Of a stretch of DNA of 40,641 nt, positions 27,549-36,443 are shown piece by piece. Both the position numbers and the translations under genes were made by a program. Under the pieces are notes generated by a model, which searched no databases, was not told the origin of the DNA, and worked only from the letters and a program-made list of their open reading frames with translations. How positions within the stretch are numbered: position 1 is the stretch's first letter; each line of letters begins with the position of its first letter. The DNA is from Polyangiales bacterium (GTDB lineage: Bacteria > Myxococcota_A > Polyangia > Polyangiales > DASUME01): assembly GCA_038257655.1 (NCBI GenBank), contig JBBSJC010000003.1:1-40641 (forward strand), written 5' to 3'.

Positions 27549-28502
27549 ATGCGTTGTCACGCATCGAGCTACGTCTTTGCAGCTGCTCTGTTTGCAAGCA
27601 GCTGTGGAGATGACAGCACAACCATGACCATGAGCCAGGGCTCAGAGCCCCGCCCCGACGCGACGCACGACGGCGATGGGCAGGTAAGCACGGCCGACGC
27701 GGACGCAAGCACCGAGCAGATTGAGACGAGTGATGCGGGTACGGTTGGCGATGCGGCGACACCGGTTGAGCCGGACGGCCCAAAGGACGTAGAGCGTCCG
27801 ATCGTCAACGAGCCGAGCGCCGCACAGCAGCTAGTCGGTCAATACGCCATGCGCCAGCGCTCGGCAGTGACTTCCAGTGCGTTGGGTATGAAGCTCAAGA
27901 GCGCGACCACCAATTACATGCTCGTCGCGATCGTTGAGCGCGAGGGTAAGGTTGTGTGGAGCCAGCGCGGTTGCAGGTCCGAGGTTGTGAACGACCCGGA
28001 GAGCACCACAGTCAGCGTGGCTGACATCGTGCCGCGCACGACACCAGCGCTCGAGGTGGACCTTACCGCGAGTCAGAACGGCTACGTGATCGAGTGGGAG
28101 CGCGAGCAAGCCAGTATCGCGCTTGGCTTTCGTGACTCCGATCCCGCACAGCCGCTGCCTACAGATAAGAGCGATGCACGCGTCTACGACCAAGACGGCG
28201 ACGGCCAACCTGGCGTCACCGTGCACATTCGTACCAAGGTAGCGTTCTCGTCGATCGAAGGCGACACCTACAACGTGCAGAGGCTGCACAGTCGGTTGCG
28301 GGGCAGCTTCGATGGTGAGCGACTCTCAGGCGAAACCTTCGAGAGCAGCGAGACCCAGGTGCTCGAAGCCACCCACCCCGCACTCAGATTGTCGCTCACG
28401 CCTCAGCGCGATGCTGCCGGCGATAACAGCGTGCTGCTCGTTAAGGTCGCGCAGAGCATGAGCTGCGACGACTTGGTCCAGGGGCTTGACCAAATCTTCT
28501 GA
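27549..28502 (+). CDS. Lipoprotein of unknown function, 317 aa
   Basis: GGAG RBS; MRCHASSYVFAAALFASS-C-GDD lipoprotein signal; acidic DAG linker; beta-rich domain with a DQDGDGQPG (DxDxDG, Ca-binding-like) motif. Confidence 0.75.
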   Translation: MRCHASSYVFAAALFASSCGDDSTTMTMSQGSEPRPDATHDGDGQVSTADADASTEQIETSDAGTVGDAATPVEPDGPKDVERPIVNEPSAAQQLVGQYAMRQRSAVTSSALGMKLKSATTNYMLVAIVEREGKVVWSQRGCRSEVVNDPESTTVSVADIVPRTTPALEVDLTASQNGYVIEWEREQASIALGFRDSDPAQPLPTDKSDARVYDQDGDGQPGVTVHIRTKVAFSSIEGDTYNVQRLHSRLRGSFDGERLSGETFESSETQVLEATHPALRLSLTPQRDAAGDNSVLLVKVAQSMSCDDLVQGLDQIF

Positions 28503-28527
28503 GCTGTGGTCGGCCCGTTGAACGGTG

Positions 28528-29028
28528 CTAAACGTCGCTCTCGAAGTCCACCCGGTCTCCGACGCGGATATGCGCGCCCTGCAGCACTCGAGCAAGGATG
28601 CCGCCATGGCCGCGCATGGCGTTATAGCCCCCTATGCCCAGTGCCAGCTCCATCTTGGAGCACGGCTCGCAAGTGCCAACCCCCTGCAGTACGGCGTCGC
28701 CCACGCGAAAGCGACGCGATCGCAAGGCGAGCAAGTTGATGCCCGACACCACGATGTTGCGCCGCAGCTGTTCTGGCGTCACCGCCGATCGTGCGCATAA
28801 GGCGGCGATCACGGGCAAGTGCTCGGCTTGCATCAGACTGACCTGTCGCGTGCCCGCGCGGCGCACGCTCGCGTAGTCGCCTAGCACCCCTTCTTCCTCG
28901 ACCAGGTGGGCATGATCGACCACACGCATCGGCGCTGCGCGCTGTTCGCGCAACCCGATCCAGGTGATGCGTCCAGGGCAAGGACGTTGCGTCAACAGTG
29001 CGCGCAATGCCATGTGAGGTTCCGCCAT
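28528..29028 (-). CDS. MOSC-domain protein (YiiM-like)
   Basis: GRITWIGLR, RQVSLMQAEHL, LRRNIVVSGINL, CEPCSKME, GHGGILARVLQGAHIRVGD. Start probably 29028 or 29013 rather than 29190. Confidence 0.9.
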   Translation of the reverse strand: MAEPHMALRALLTQRPCPGRITWIGLREQRAAPMRVVDHAHLVEEEGVLGDYASVRRAGTRQVSLMQAEHLPVIAALCARSAVTPEQLRRNIVVSGINLLALRSRRFRVGDAVLQGVGTCEPCSKMELALGIGGYNAMRGHGGILARVLQGAHIRVGDRVDFESDV

Positions 29029-29041
29029 GTTCAAGGATTCA

Positions 29042-29230
29042 CTAAGGTCGCCTGGGGCGACGTACCACACGCACCTTACTGCTCGGGCAGCCACCGCACA
29101 AAAACAGATCTCGGCCATCGGACTCGAGTCCCCTGACTGTAACGCCAGTAGCCATCGCCAACCGTTCGAGCACGTCGCCGGATTCGGCATGCACGCGCAT
29201 CAGCTCGCTTTCGTTGTCTTACCAGGTGCC
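29042..29230 (-). pseudogene. 3' remnant of a glutamine-cyclotransferase-like / PQQ-like beta-propeller gene
   Basis: Manual translation GTW*DNESELMRVHAESGDVLERLAMATGVTVRGLESDGRDLFLCGGCPSSKVRVVRRPRRP* resembles, from memory, the family C-terminus GTWE..ES.LRR.DP..GEVLE.L.MP.G..VSGLESDG.D.F.CGGG.SGKVR.VRRP. In-frame TAA at 29221-29219; 5' part missing. Confidence 0.7.
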
Positions 29231-29419
29231 GCTGACGTCCGACGAGAACGCGCCCGAAGGGGCCATTCCTATCTGGCATTGGCTCCTGACGAGCAACACC
29301 GTCTGATAACGCGGGTCAGCTGAGGATTGACCTTGTCGACCGCTTCAGGTTGACGCACAAAGTGGCCCGCGGTCGCCCGCAGGCTCTCTGCTCCCCTTGG
29401 CGATTGCAGGAGTATTCTC

Positions 29420-29956
29420 ATGCGTCACCACTCATCCGTCATCACGGCCGCGATCATCGCGTCTGCCTTCAACGCAGCCGACGCCTCCAGCGCTCTTGCC
29501 GACAGGCTGATCGTCGAGCCCAGCTCACCCGACCTTACCCCAGAAAGCTTCGATTACCGCTTCGATGCCACGCGGCGCTGGCTTGGTTGCTATTCCTACG
29601 ACGTCCTCCAGGGCAGCGGTTGGTATCCTGCCGTTTGGCATCACACCGCCGCGTTCACGCCCGCCGATGGCGACTTCGAGGTCGAGCTTCGTCGCAGCTG
29701 GTCGGAGCGCTACTGTGCCGCCGAGCTGGGTATCAACAACTACGTTCAGGTCGTTTGGACCAACCCCGCCGATCCCACCCAGGTGCATCGTGGTGTGCTG
29801 CAGGTGGAAGCAAACGGAACAGACAAGGTCGACGAGGTGAGCTGCTCGCTCGTCGACTCGAGCAATCCATGGAACGCGATTGAGTGCGAGCGAGCGTCAG
29901 TCAACGTTTCCGGCTCGGGCGACGCATACATCATCATCCACTTCTCCGGCGTGTGA
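29420..29956 (+). CDS. Secreted hypothetical protein, 178 aa, 4 Cys
   Basis: CAGGAG RBS; signal-like N-terminus ending ALA-D; GC3-biased codons; no recognised domain. Confidence 0.72.
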   Translation: MRHHSSVITAAIIASAFNAADASSALADRLIVEPSSPDLTPESFDYRFDATRRWLGCYSYDVLQGSGWYPAVWHHTAAFTPADGDFEVELRRSWSERYCAAELGINNYVQVVWTNPADPTQVHRGVLQVEANGTDKVDEVSCSLVDSSNPWNAIECERASVNVSGSGDAYIIIHFSGV

Positions 29957-30283
29957 TCGGGCGACGTGTGGCGCTTGCTTCGCCGCGCGAGCCTTACCAT
30001 CCTATTCGTGAACCGCTGCTCGCCCATCCGCGCGCGCAGCCCAGGCGTGCCACACGCGGTAAGTGGCATGACCACAGCCTGCTGGACTGTCGGAGCCCAC
30101 GCACCATTCGGCAGGCCGAAAGCGGTGTAAGTGCGGTGAAGTGGCCGATCCGCAGCCTCTTCTGAGAGCGCGCGCGCGAGCGCCCCCTTATGCTTTCTCG
30201 ATGACCCGAATCTTGGAAGACCACGCACTTGTCGAGGGTCATCCAGCTACACAGCCTGCCGTGCTGATACGCCTGCGAGTATC

Positions 30284-31162
30284 GTGAGGCCCGTGACAAG
30301 AACCATCAGTATCAAACGTCTTTTCCGCCAAACCCTGCCCACCTCCGCATGGAGATGGCCCCTGTGGGCTGCGCTGAGCGGCTGCGCGGCGCTTGCTCCC
30401 GATGCCCTTGAGCTCGGCTCAGCCTCTTCCGGTGAGAGACAGACCGACGGCGCGCGACCTGACGACGGCGGGGCCGAGAAGCCCGCGGAGGGCGGTCAAA
30501 GTATCGCGCCCGATGGCGGTGATGTTGGCGCACCTGACGCTGCGCCGGGCGACGGCGGTCCCGTGGCAGAGCCCGTGGTGACGATCGTGGTCGAAGCCGA
30601 GAGTTATGACGTGATCGACCCCAATATGACCGCGCGCAGCTTCTATCCCACGGCCAAAGGCATAGGCGGGCCCTCGCCCGATCCGGATGGCTCTCACGCG
30701 GGTACTGCCAGCGGCGCCAAGTATCTCGAGGTGCTGCCGGACACGCGCGTGACAGGCACAGACCCGTTCGACGACGCCGTCTTCGAAGAGGCGGGCACGG
30801 GACCTATCGTCTCGTACTTCATCTCGTTCCCTGTGCCAGGCACGTACTACCTGTGGGTGCGCGGCTTCTCCACGGGCACCGAAGACGAGACCGTGCACGT
30901 GGGCCTTGATCGCGATTGGCTGACGAGCGTCATCGCCAAGCTGTGCTCCGACGGACAGGGCTGGCAGTGGGCTTCCCACGAGCGCGTGGATAAGTTTAGT
31001 TGCGGCAACATCGGGGAGCTTAGGCTCGAGGTGCCGAGCGCCGGGCTCCACACCGTAAGCTTCGCCGCGCGCGAAGACGGCTTTGAGCTCGATAAGTGGT
31101 TACTCACCACCGACGCTACCTTCGTCCCGCGCGACAAAGGGCCCGAAGAGACGCCGCGCTGA
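30284..31162 (+). CDS. Lipoprotein with a galactose-binding-like / CBM-type beta-sandwich domain
   Basis: ALSG-C lipobox; DGG-rich linker; IVVEAESY, PGTYYLWVRG, DETVHVGLD, GLHTVSFAAREDGFELDKWLLTTD. Start uncertain. Confidence 0.72.
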   Translation: MRPVTRTISIKRLFRQTLPTSAWRWPLWAALSGCAALAPDALELGSASSGERQTDGARPDDGGAEKPAEGGQSIAPDGGDVGAPDAAPGDGGPVAEPVVTIVVEAESYDVIDPNMTARSFYPTAKGIGGPSPDPDGSHAGTASGAKYLEVLPDTRVTGTDPFDDAVFEEAGTGPIVSYFISFPVPGTYYLWVRGFSTGTEDETVHVGLDRDWLTSVIAKLCSDGQGWQWASHERVDKFSCGNIGELRLEVPSAGLHTVSFAAREDGFELDKWLLTTDATFVPRDKGPEETPR

Positions 31163-31238
31163 AGCGAAGCTGTGGCCCGAGCTGAAGACGAGCCTCCACG
31201 GCTACAACAGCGATACAGCAGCATTTTTCGCCGCGGCG

Positions 31239-31268
31239 GTGAGCCATTCCGAAGGCACTGAGGGGACT
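31239..31268 (+). promoter_or_regulatory. Candidate ECF sigma promoter, copy 1 (DUF1592-DUF1552 operon)
   Basis: GTGAGCC (31239-31245) -N16- GGGGACT (31262-31268), followed by the GAGGAGG SD and GTG 31297. Confidence 0.75.
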
Positions 31269-31296
31269 CGTCCTTCGTAACCCTGAGGAGGACGCT

Positions 31297-33024
31297 GTGT
31301 CACCAGTTCTGCGCTCGAGCGTGTTGTGTTTGCTGCCGGTGCTGATCTCGTGCACCGCGCTTATCGACTCGTCTCCAAAAGGTCCAGTTGAGTCCGGCGA
31401 GGCGGACGGCCCCGGACGGCCCGGCGACTTAGACCCGTCCGAAACAGACCCCGGCGGCACGGGAACCCCGGACGACGTGATCGCTGCCTCCGAGTGCGGG
31501 CAGATGAGTCGCAGCACCGCCGCCAGAAGGCTCAACCGCGACGAGATTGGCAACGCGTTGTTCGACGTGCTCGGTGTCGACGCGAGTAAGGTCAAAGGGG
31601 CTTTGCCTCCCGACGGTACGATCGGAGGTTTTGCCACCGTGGGCGAACAGCTCAGCTCGGGCGATCTGTTTACAACCCAATACCTCGAGCTTGCCGAGCA
31701 GGTCGCTGACGACCTGGTGCGTAACAGTCAGGTCGGCAAAGCCTGCGGTGCAAGCCCTACCCTCTCCTGCTTGGAGGACGCGCTGTCCTCGCTCGCGCGC
31801 AGACTCTACCGAGGCGCTTCGAGCGAGGAGACCGCCACGCTGAGACAAGTCCTCGCTCGCGCCTTTACCGAGCTCGGAGCCGCCGACGCGTTGCGCGTAG
31901 CCCTGACGACGCTGATGACCTCACCGCGCTTTCTGTTCGTCTTGCCGGAACCTGCCGAGGACAAGACCCGTTCGCTGACGGCGCGTGAGCTTGCCTCTCG
32001 CCTATCTCTTACCCTCTGGCAGTCCGTGCCCGATGACGCCTTGCTCGATGCGGCCGAAAGCGGCGACTTGCTGCAAGGGACAGAGTTCGACGCCCAGATC
32101 GAACGCATGATGGACGATCCCAAGTTCTCGCGTTTTCGTAACGAGTTCTTTGCGCAGACCCTGACTCTTTCACGCTTGGATAATAGTTCGATCGAACCGG
32201 ACGCCTTCGGTCTGAGTGAAGACGAGCTGCGGGTGTTGCTGGCCGACATGCGACAGGAAACGGGACGCTTTATCGATTCCGTCTGGGACGATTCCGCACC
32301 GGTCGACACCTTACTTTCAGGCGCCTATACTTTCGTCAACGAGCGACTGGCGCGTCACTACGGCTTGCCCAGTGTCGCCGGGCAGGAGCTGGTGCGGGTC
32401 GAGCTCGATCCGGCCACGGGACGTCGTGGCTTGTTGACCCAGGGCGCGCTGCTCGCTCAGGCAGCCTCTGGTGATCGTGCCTCGATCGTCATGCGAGGCG
32501 ACTTGGTGATGGCGGGTTTGCTCTGCCAACCGCCACCTCCGCCGCCGGCCTCGTTAGAAGAAGTCATTCAAGATCTCACCGCATCGGGTGCGACCGAACG
32601 CGAAAAGATGTCGATTCGCGCCGCGGACCCCGTGTGCGCGGGCTGCCATCGCAGTCTTGACCCGATCGGTTGGGGATTAACAGCGATGGACCCCCTAGGG
32701 AGGCCCGCCACGGCCGATCCCGACGGGGGTAAGCTCGACCCGACAGGTGTTCTCGATGACACCGCCTACAACGGAGCAGTCGAGCTATCAAAGATCTTAG
32801 TGCTTCGCGATCGCATCACCCCCTGCTTAGTCGAGAAGCTACTGATCTATTCGGTGGGCCGAGCATTCGACCCCGTCGCACGCGATGAGGATGGCTGCCT
32901 GATCAGCGCGGTCGTCGCAGACGCTCGCAAGGGCGGTGCGGAAACTCTGAAGCAACTTGTGCTTTCGGTCATGCGTAGTGTCGCCTTTCGGGCGCAGGGA
33001 ACTGGCGAGGAGCAAGGGTCATGA
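31297..33024 (+). CDS. DUF1587/1595/1592/1588/1585 (PSD/PSCyt3) lipoprotein with a c-type heme motif
   Basis: LIS-C lipobox; RRLNRDEIGN, LMTSPRFLF, ELASRLSLTLWQSVPDDALLDAA, TFVNERLARHYGL, RRGLLTQG, CQPPPPPP, CAGCH...DPIG. Confidence 0.92.
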   Translation: MSPVLRSSVLCLLPVLISCTALIDSSPKGPVESGEADGPGRPGDLDPSETDPGGTGTPDDVIAASECGQMSRSTAARRLNRDEIGNALFDVLGVDASKVKGALPPDGTIGGFATVGEQLSSGDLFTTQYLELAEQVADDLVRNSQVGKACGASPTLSCLEDALSSLARRLYRGASSEETATLRQVLARAFTELGAADALRVALTTLMTSPRFLFVLPEPAEDKTRSLTARELASRLSLTLWQSVPDDALLDAAESGDLLQGTEFDAQIERMMDDPKFSRFRNEFFAQTLTLSRLDNSSIEPDAFGLSEDELRVLLADMRQETGRFIDSVWDDSAPVDTLLSGAYTFVNERLARHYGLPSVAGQELVRVELDPATGRRGLLTQGALLAQAASGDRASIVMRGDLVMAGLLCQPPPPPPASLEEVIQDLTASGATEREKMSIRAADPVCAGCHRSLDPIGWGLTAMDPLGRPATADPDGGKLDPTGVLDDTAYNGAVELSKILVLRDRITPCLVEKLLIYSVGRAFDPVARDEDGCLISAVVADARKGGAETLKQLVLSVMRSVAFRAQGTGEEQGS

Positions 33025-34406
33025 AACGAATTAACTCGAAGCAAAGTAGCTCGAACGGCATGTCCCGTCGCACGCTGTTGCGCGGTGTTTCCCTAGGCGC
33101 GGTCACGGCGCTTTCGCTTCCACCCCTGGAGGTCATGTTTGGCAGCGACAGCGCCTACGCCCAAGCGACCTCCAACCGTGCGCGCTTTGTCGGCGTGTAC
33201 ACGCCCAATGGCACGATCCAAGAGCGCTGGTGTCCAAAGCCGGCGGCCACAACGGTGACGCGGACCTTTTCCCTTGCTGGCACCGCCCTTGCGCCCCTTG
33301 AGCGGCATAAGGCGAACCTGAGTGTGTTCCGAAATGCACAGAATGCCGGCAGCAATGGAAACGGCAACGCTCACATGAAGGCCATCGCGGGCTTTCTCAC
33401 CGGGCGGGCCATTCCCAACGATACGGTAGGCACCCATCAGGTCTCCATCGATCAGTTCGTGACCAATGCGGCGGCGCAGAAAGCCGGCATCGGCTCGCTG
33501 CAATTGGCCGGCAACAACGAGCTCGATCCACCGAACAACACCCGGTACAACAACTCGCTCAAAAACGCGCTCAGCTTCGATGCCCAAGGGCGCATTCTGC
33601 CCAACACGGCCAACCTGCGTGCGGTCTTCGATCGCGTGTTCAAGGGCGTGTCGCCGGTGGCGGGTCCAGGCGCGGATGCCGCGGCACAACGTCGCGCGCT
33701 CATGCGCAACAGCGTGTTGGACGCGGTCGCGGCCGACAGAGCGGCGCTGAGCACCAAGCTCGGGCAGCAAGATAGGGTAAGGGTCGATGAGTACTTTGAG
33801 AGCTTGCGCGCACTCGAGCTCGATATCGATGCCCTTGCACCGCAGTGCACCATCCCTAGTAGCAATGACTTCCCACAGACTCAGGACGGTCCACGGCTGA
33901 ACGCGATCGGCAATCACGGAAAGCTTGCGGGCAGACTTATCGCCCTCGCCTTTGTCTGCGACCTGGTGCAAAGCGCGACTTATATGATGGGCGGCGAGGG
34001 CACGGGCTGTGGGTACTCCGAGCTCAACATCAACCAACACTTCCACAACACCATTTCCCACAACCGCGCTGCCAAAGCGGATTTGCATCATCGCATCGAT
34101 ACCTTCCATTCCGATTTGGTGGCCTCCCTGCTCGATGCGCTCGAAGACACGAGCTACGCCACTGGAACCTTACTCGATGGCACGGCCGTCTTGTACGGCG
34201 CGGGCCTGGGCAACGCCGACAGTCATTCGCTCTCAAACATCGGGCTCGTGCTCGCCGGGCGCTTTGGTAAGGTGCGGCAGGGCGCTTTTCATACGGACCT
34301 CAAGAATCAGAATCACGCTAAGATCCTGCGCACGATCGTAGCGGAGCTGGGGCTTGATGCCGACGCGTTTTTGCCGGGCAGTGTGGGCACGCTCGATCTT
34401 ACGTAG
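33021..34406 (+). CDS. DUF1552 (HXXSHH-family) Tat-exported protein
   Basis: Tat motif SRRTLLRG; LSLPPLEVM; YTPNG; SIDQ; FDRVF; SVLDAV; KLGQQDRVRVDEYFESLRALE; GTLLDGT; HSLSN. ATGA overlap with the DUF1592 gene. Confidence 0.92.
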   Translation: MKRINSKQSSSNGMSRRTLLRGVSLGAVTALSLPPLEVMFGSDSAYAQATSNRARFVGVYTPNGTIQERWCPKPAATTVTRTFSLAGTALAPLERHKANLSVFRNAQNAGSNGNGNAHMKAIAGFLTGRAIPNDTVGTHQVSIDQFVTNAAAQKAGIGSLQLAGNNELDPPNNTRYNNSLKNALSFDAQGRILPNTANLRAVFDRVFKGVSPVAGPGADAAAQRRALMRNSVLDAVAADRAALSTKLGQQDRVRVDEYFESLRALELDIDALAPQCTIPSSNDFPQTQDGPRLNAIGNHGKLAGRLIALAFVCDLVQSATYMMGGEGTGCGYSELNINQHFHNTISHNRAAKADLHHRIDTFHSDLVASLLDALEDTSYATGTLLDGTAVLYGAGLGNADSHSLSNIGLVLAGRFGKVRQGAFHTDLKNQNHAKILRTIVAELGLDADAFLPGSVGTLDLT

Positions 34407-34433
34407 GTCCAGGGCTGCGAAGGCGGAGAGCGC

Positions 34434-34562
34434 TTACCAGCAGCCTTGGGTCAGAAGGGATGGCGCCCATGCTGGTCCGCGTGGGTTGATTTCGCGCGAG
34501 CCCCCCGGCACGAGCGCCATCAGGCAGACCACACCGTGAGCCATCAGGGAGAAGCGGTGCAT
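34434..34562 (-). CDS. Possible 42-aa leaderless small ORF or decayed signal-peptide remnant
   Basis: MHRFSLMAHGVVCLMALVPGGSREINPRGPAWAPSLLTQGCW*; the ATG lies 9 nt after the -10 box of promoter copy 2; the N-terminus is signal-peptide-like. Confidence 0.35.
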   Translation of the reverse strand: MHRFSLMAHGVVCLMALVPGGSREINPRGPAWAPSLLTQGCW

Positions 34563-34571
34563 GTAGGGAGT

Positions 34572-34600
34572 AGTCCCCGCGGCGCAAGAAAACGGCTCAC
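34572..34600 (-). promoter_or_regulatory. Candidate ECF sigma promoter, copy 2 (minus strand)
   Basis: Minus strand GTGAGCC (34600-34594) -N15- GGGGACT (34578-34572), then ACTCCCTAC-ATG. Confidence 0.65.
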
Positions 34601-34690
34601 GGAGCTTTTTGCTGAACGCGGCGAGCGCGGGAGACAGCACGAATCGTCGACGCGAGGAGCACGTGCTCTTATAGTGAGCTCATCGCACCG

Positions 34691-35713
34691 ATGCGCCGCC
34701 GCCCGCTTCTATCCGCGCTCCAGCTCCTATGGTTCGCCGGATTCGCATGGCTATCCATGGGTACGTGCTGGGGCCCAAGCCCGGTGCGTGCGTCGGATGT
34801 GCGCGTGCTGGTGGTGGCGCGCGATGAAGTCTGCGCGTCGCTTGCACGGCGTACCCAGGCAGAGGCGCGGGCCGCCGACTTCGTAGTCAGTGACGCGCCG
34901 CCGCAGATCGTCGCGGATGCCGAGACCGACTTATTGGTCGCCTTGATGGAACAGAGCGCAGTCCAGGCGCTGGTGTTGCTGTCTAACTGTGCTCGAGCGA
35001 CCGAGATAAGCGTGCTCGTCATCGACCCTGTGAGCGGCCGTGATCACTTTCGACGCATGGATCGCCGCGGCACCGGTGAGGAGGCGCGTGTCGCGCTGCA
35101 GGCCGTGGAGGTACTGCGTGCGGCGTGGCTTGAAACGGGCATTGCACAGCCGAGTCAGCCCAGCGCGGCGCCAAGCCAGCCGGCCCTTCCCACGAGCTCG
35201 TCGGGAGCTGAGGCGCTCCCCTCCGCGACGCTTTCAGTTGCGAGCGGCGTCACCTATTCACCGGGTGGCGTGTTTGCCACTTGGAAGGTCGCGACCGGTC
35301 TTGAGCTGTATTCCCGCGACTGGCTGGGCGTTGCCCTCGATGCCGCGGGGACACCCTGGCCGGCTCGCGTGCGCGGAGATCGCAGCCTGACGCTCCGGCA
35401 TGCCTCGCTATCCCTAGGGCCGGTGCTGCGCTTTGCGCCCTCCCCGCGCGCCCGTGTATGGGTTACTCCGGCGCTGGGTGGCGCGCTGATGTGGGGCGCT
35501 CTGGGCCGCGATGCGGCAGCGAGCTGGGCGCCGATCGTCGCCCTACGCGTGGGCGCCGGCTACGCGCTGACTCGAAGCCTTACGTTGCGTGCCAACGTAG
35601 CCGCGCAAAGCTTCTCCTCTCCGCTGCGTATCGAAGTCGACGGCGACAGCGCAGCGCGTTTCGGCGTACCCGTGCTGGATGCAACCCTCGGCTTCGATCT
35701 GGCCCTTCGGTAA
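34691..35713 (+). CDS. Exported protein with an N-terminal alpha/beta domain, Pro/Ser linker and C-terminal outer-membrane beta-barrel-like domain
   Basis: Signal-like N-terminus; VALQAVEVLRA helix; QPSQPSAAPSQP linker; amphipathic strands (LRVGAGYAL, VLDATLGFDL); upstream of the ECF sigma / FecR pair. Confidence 0.65.
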   Translation: MRRRPLLSALQLLWFAGFAWLSMGTCWGPSPVRASDVRVLVVARDEVCASLARRTQAEARAADFVVSDAPPQIVADAETDLLVALMEQSAVQALVLLSNCARATEISVLVIDPVSGRDHFRRMDRRGTGEEARVALQAVEVLRAAWLETGIAQPSQPSAAPSQPALPTSSSGAEALPSATLSVASGVTYSPGGVFATWKVATGLELYSRDWLGVALDAAGTPWPARVRGDRSLTLRHASLSLGPVLRFAPSPRARVWVTPALGGALMWGALGRDAAASWAPIVALRVGAGYALTRSLTLRANVAAQSFSSPLRIEVDGDSAARFGVPVLDATLGFDLALR

Positions 35714-35740
35714 CCGAGCGCACAGACTACCGTCCTCGCT

Positions 35741-35770
35741 GTGAGCCTTTTCTGCCCGGGCTGGGGGACT
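35741..35770 (+). promoter_or_regulatory. Candidate ECF sigma promoter, copy 3 (autoregulatory, probably leaderless transcript)
   Basis: GTGAGCC (35741-35747) -N16- GGGGACT (35764-35770), 7 nt before the sigma ATG at 35778, leaving no room for an SD. Confidence 0.78.
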
Positions 35771-35777
35771 ACCCTGC

Positions 35778-36443
35778 ATGATGGTAGGTGTGCTGGGTCG
35801 AAGACCGGAACTGGTCGCTTCGGAAATCTCCGAGCGCAGGCCCGCTGCCTCGTGGCATGGGTCGAGCGACGCGGAGCTTATCGCCGGCGTCATCGCAAGG
35901 GACGACGCCGCCACCGCACGCCTGTACGACCGCTTTGCGGGCTTGATCAATCACGTGATCTTGCGTGTGCTCGGTGGCGATGCCGATCACGACGATTTGG
36001 TGCACGACGTGTTCCTCAAGCTGTGGCACGCCGTTGCCGCGGGCCGCGTGCAGAACCCGGACAGCCTTCAGGCCTATGCCGCAAGCATCGCGACCAACGT
36101 GGTCTACAAGGAGCTGCGCAAAAGGTATGTGAGGCGACGTTTCTTTGGACGAGAAGAACGAGCTCCCGAGATGACCTCCCGGGTGGAAGATCACGAGGCG
36201 CGCGAAGTGCTGACCTTAGTCTATGCCATTGCCTCCGAGTTTGGTCCCCAGGACCGCCTGCTCTTTACGCTGCGGCACCTCGGGCAGTACAAACTGGCGG
36301 AGGTTGCCAAGCTAGCGGACTGCTCTCTAGCCACGGTCAAGCGCCGACTCGCCAAGGCTGAGGCCCAGTTTGTGTTGCGCGCCCAGGACTACCCTGAGTA
36401 CCCACGTCTCGCGGCTCTGATAGAAGAGGGAGGGGCCCCATGA
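35778..36443 (+). CDS. ECF-type RNA polymerase sigma-70 factor
   Basis: Region 2: SDAELIA...LYDRF...DHDDLVHDVFL...IATNVVYKELRKR; region 4: QDRLLFTLRHLGQYKLAEVAKLADCSLATVKRRLAKA. Confidence 0.94.
   Translation: MMVGVLGRRPELVASEISERRPAASWHGSSDAELIAGVIARDDAATARLYDRFAGLINHVILRVLGGDADHDDLVHDVFLKLWHAVAAGRVQNPDSLQAYAASIATNVVYKELRKRYVRRRFFGREERAPEMTSRVEDHEAREVLTLVYAIASEFGPQDRLLFTLRHLGQYKLAEVAKLADCSLATVKRRLAKAEAQFVLRAQDYPEYPRLAALIEEGGAP

Noticed and set aside
29957-30283. Minus-strand segment AADRPLHRTYTAFGLP, faintly like peroxiredoxin-like proteins
   Set aside because: Too short and weak to call without a BLASTx search.
34536-34565. Plus-strand GTGAGCC upstream of the barrel gene
   Set aside because: No GGGGACT at 15-17 nt spacing; a half-site only.
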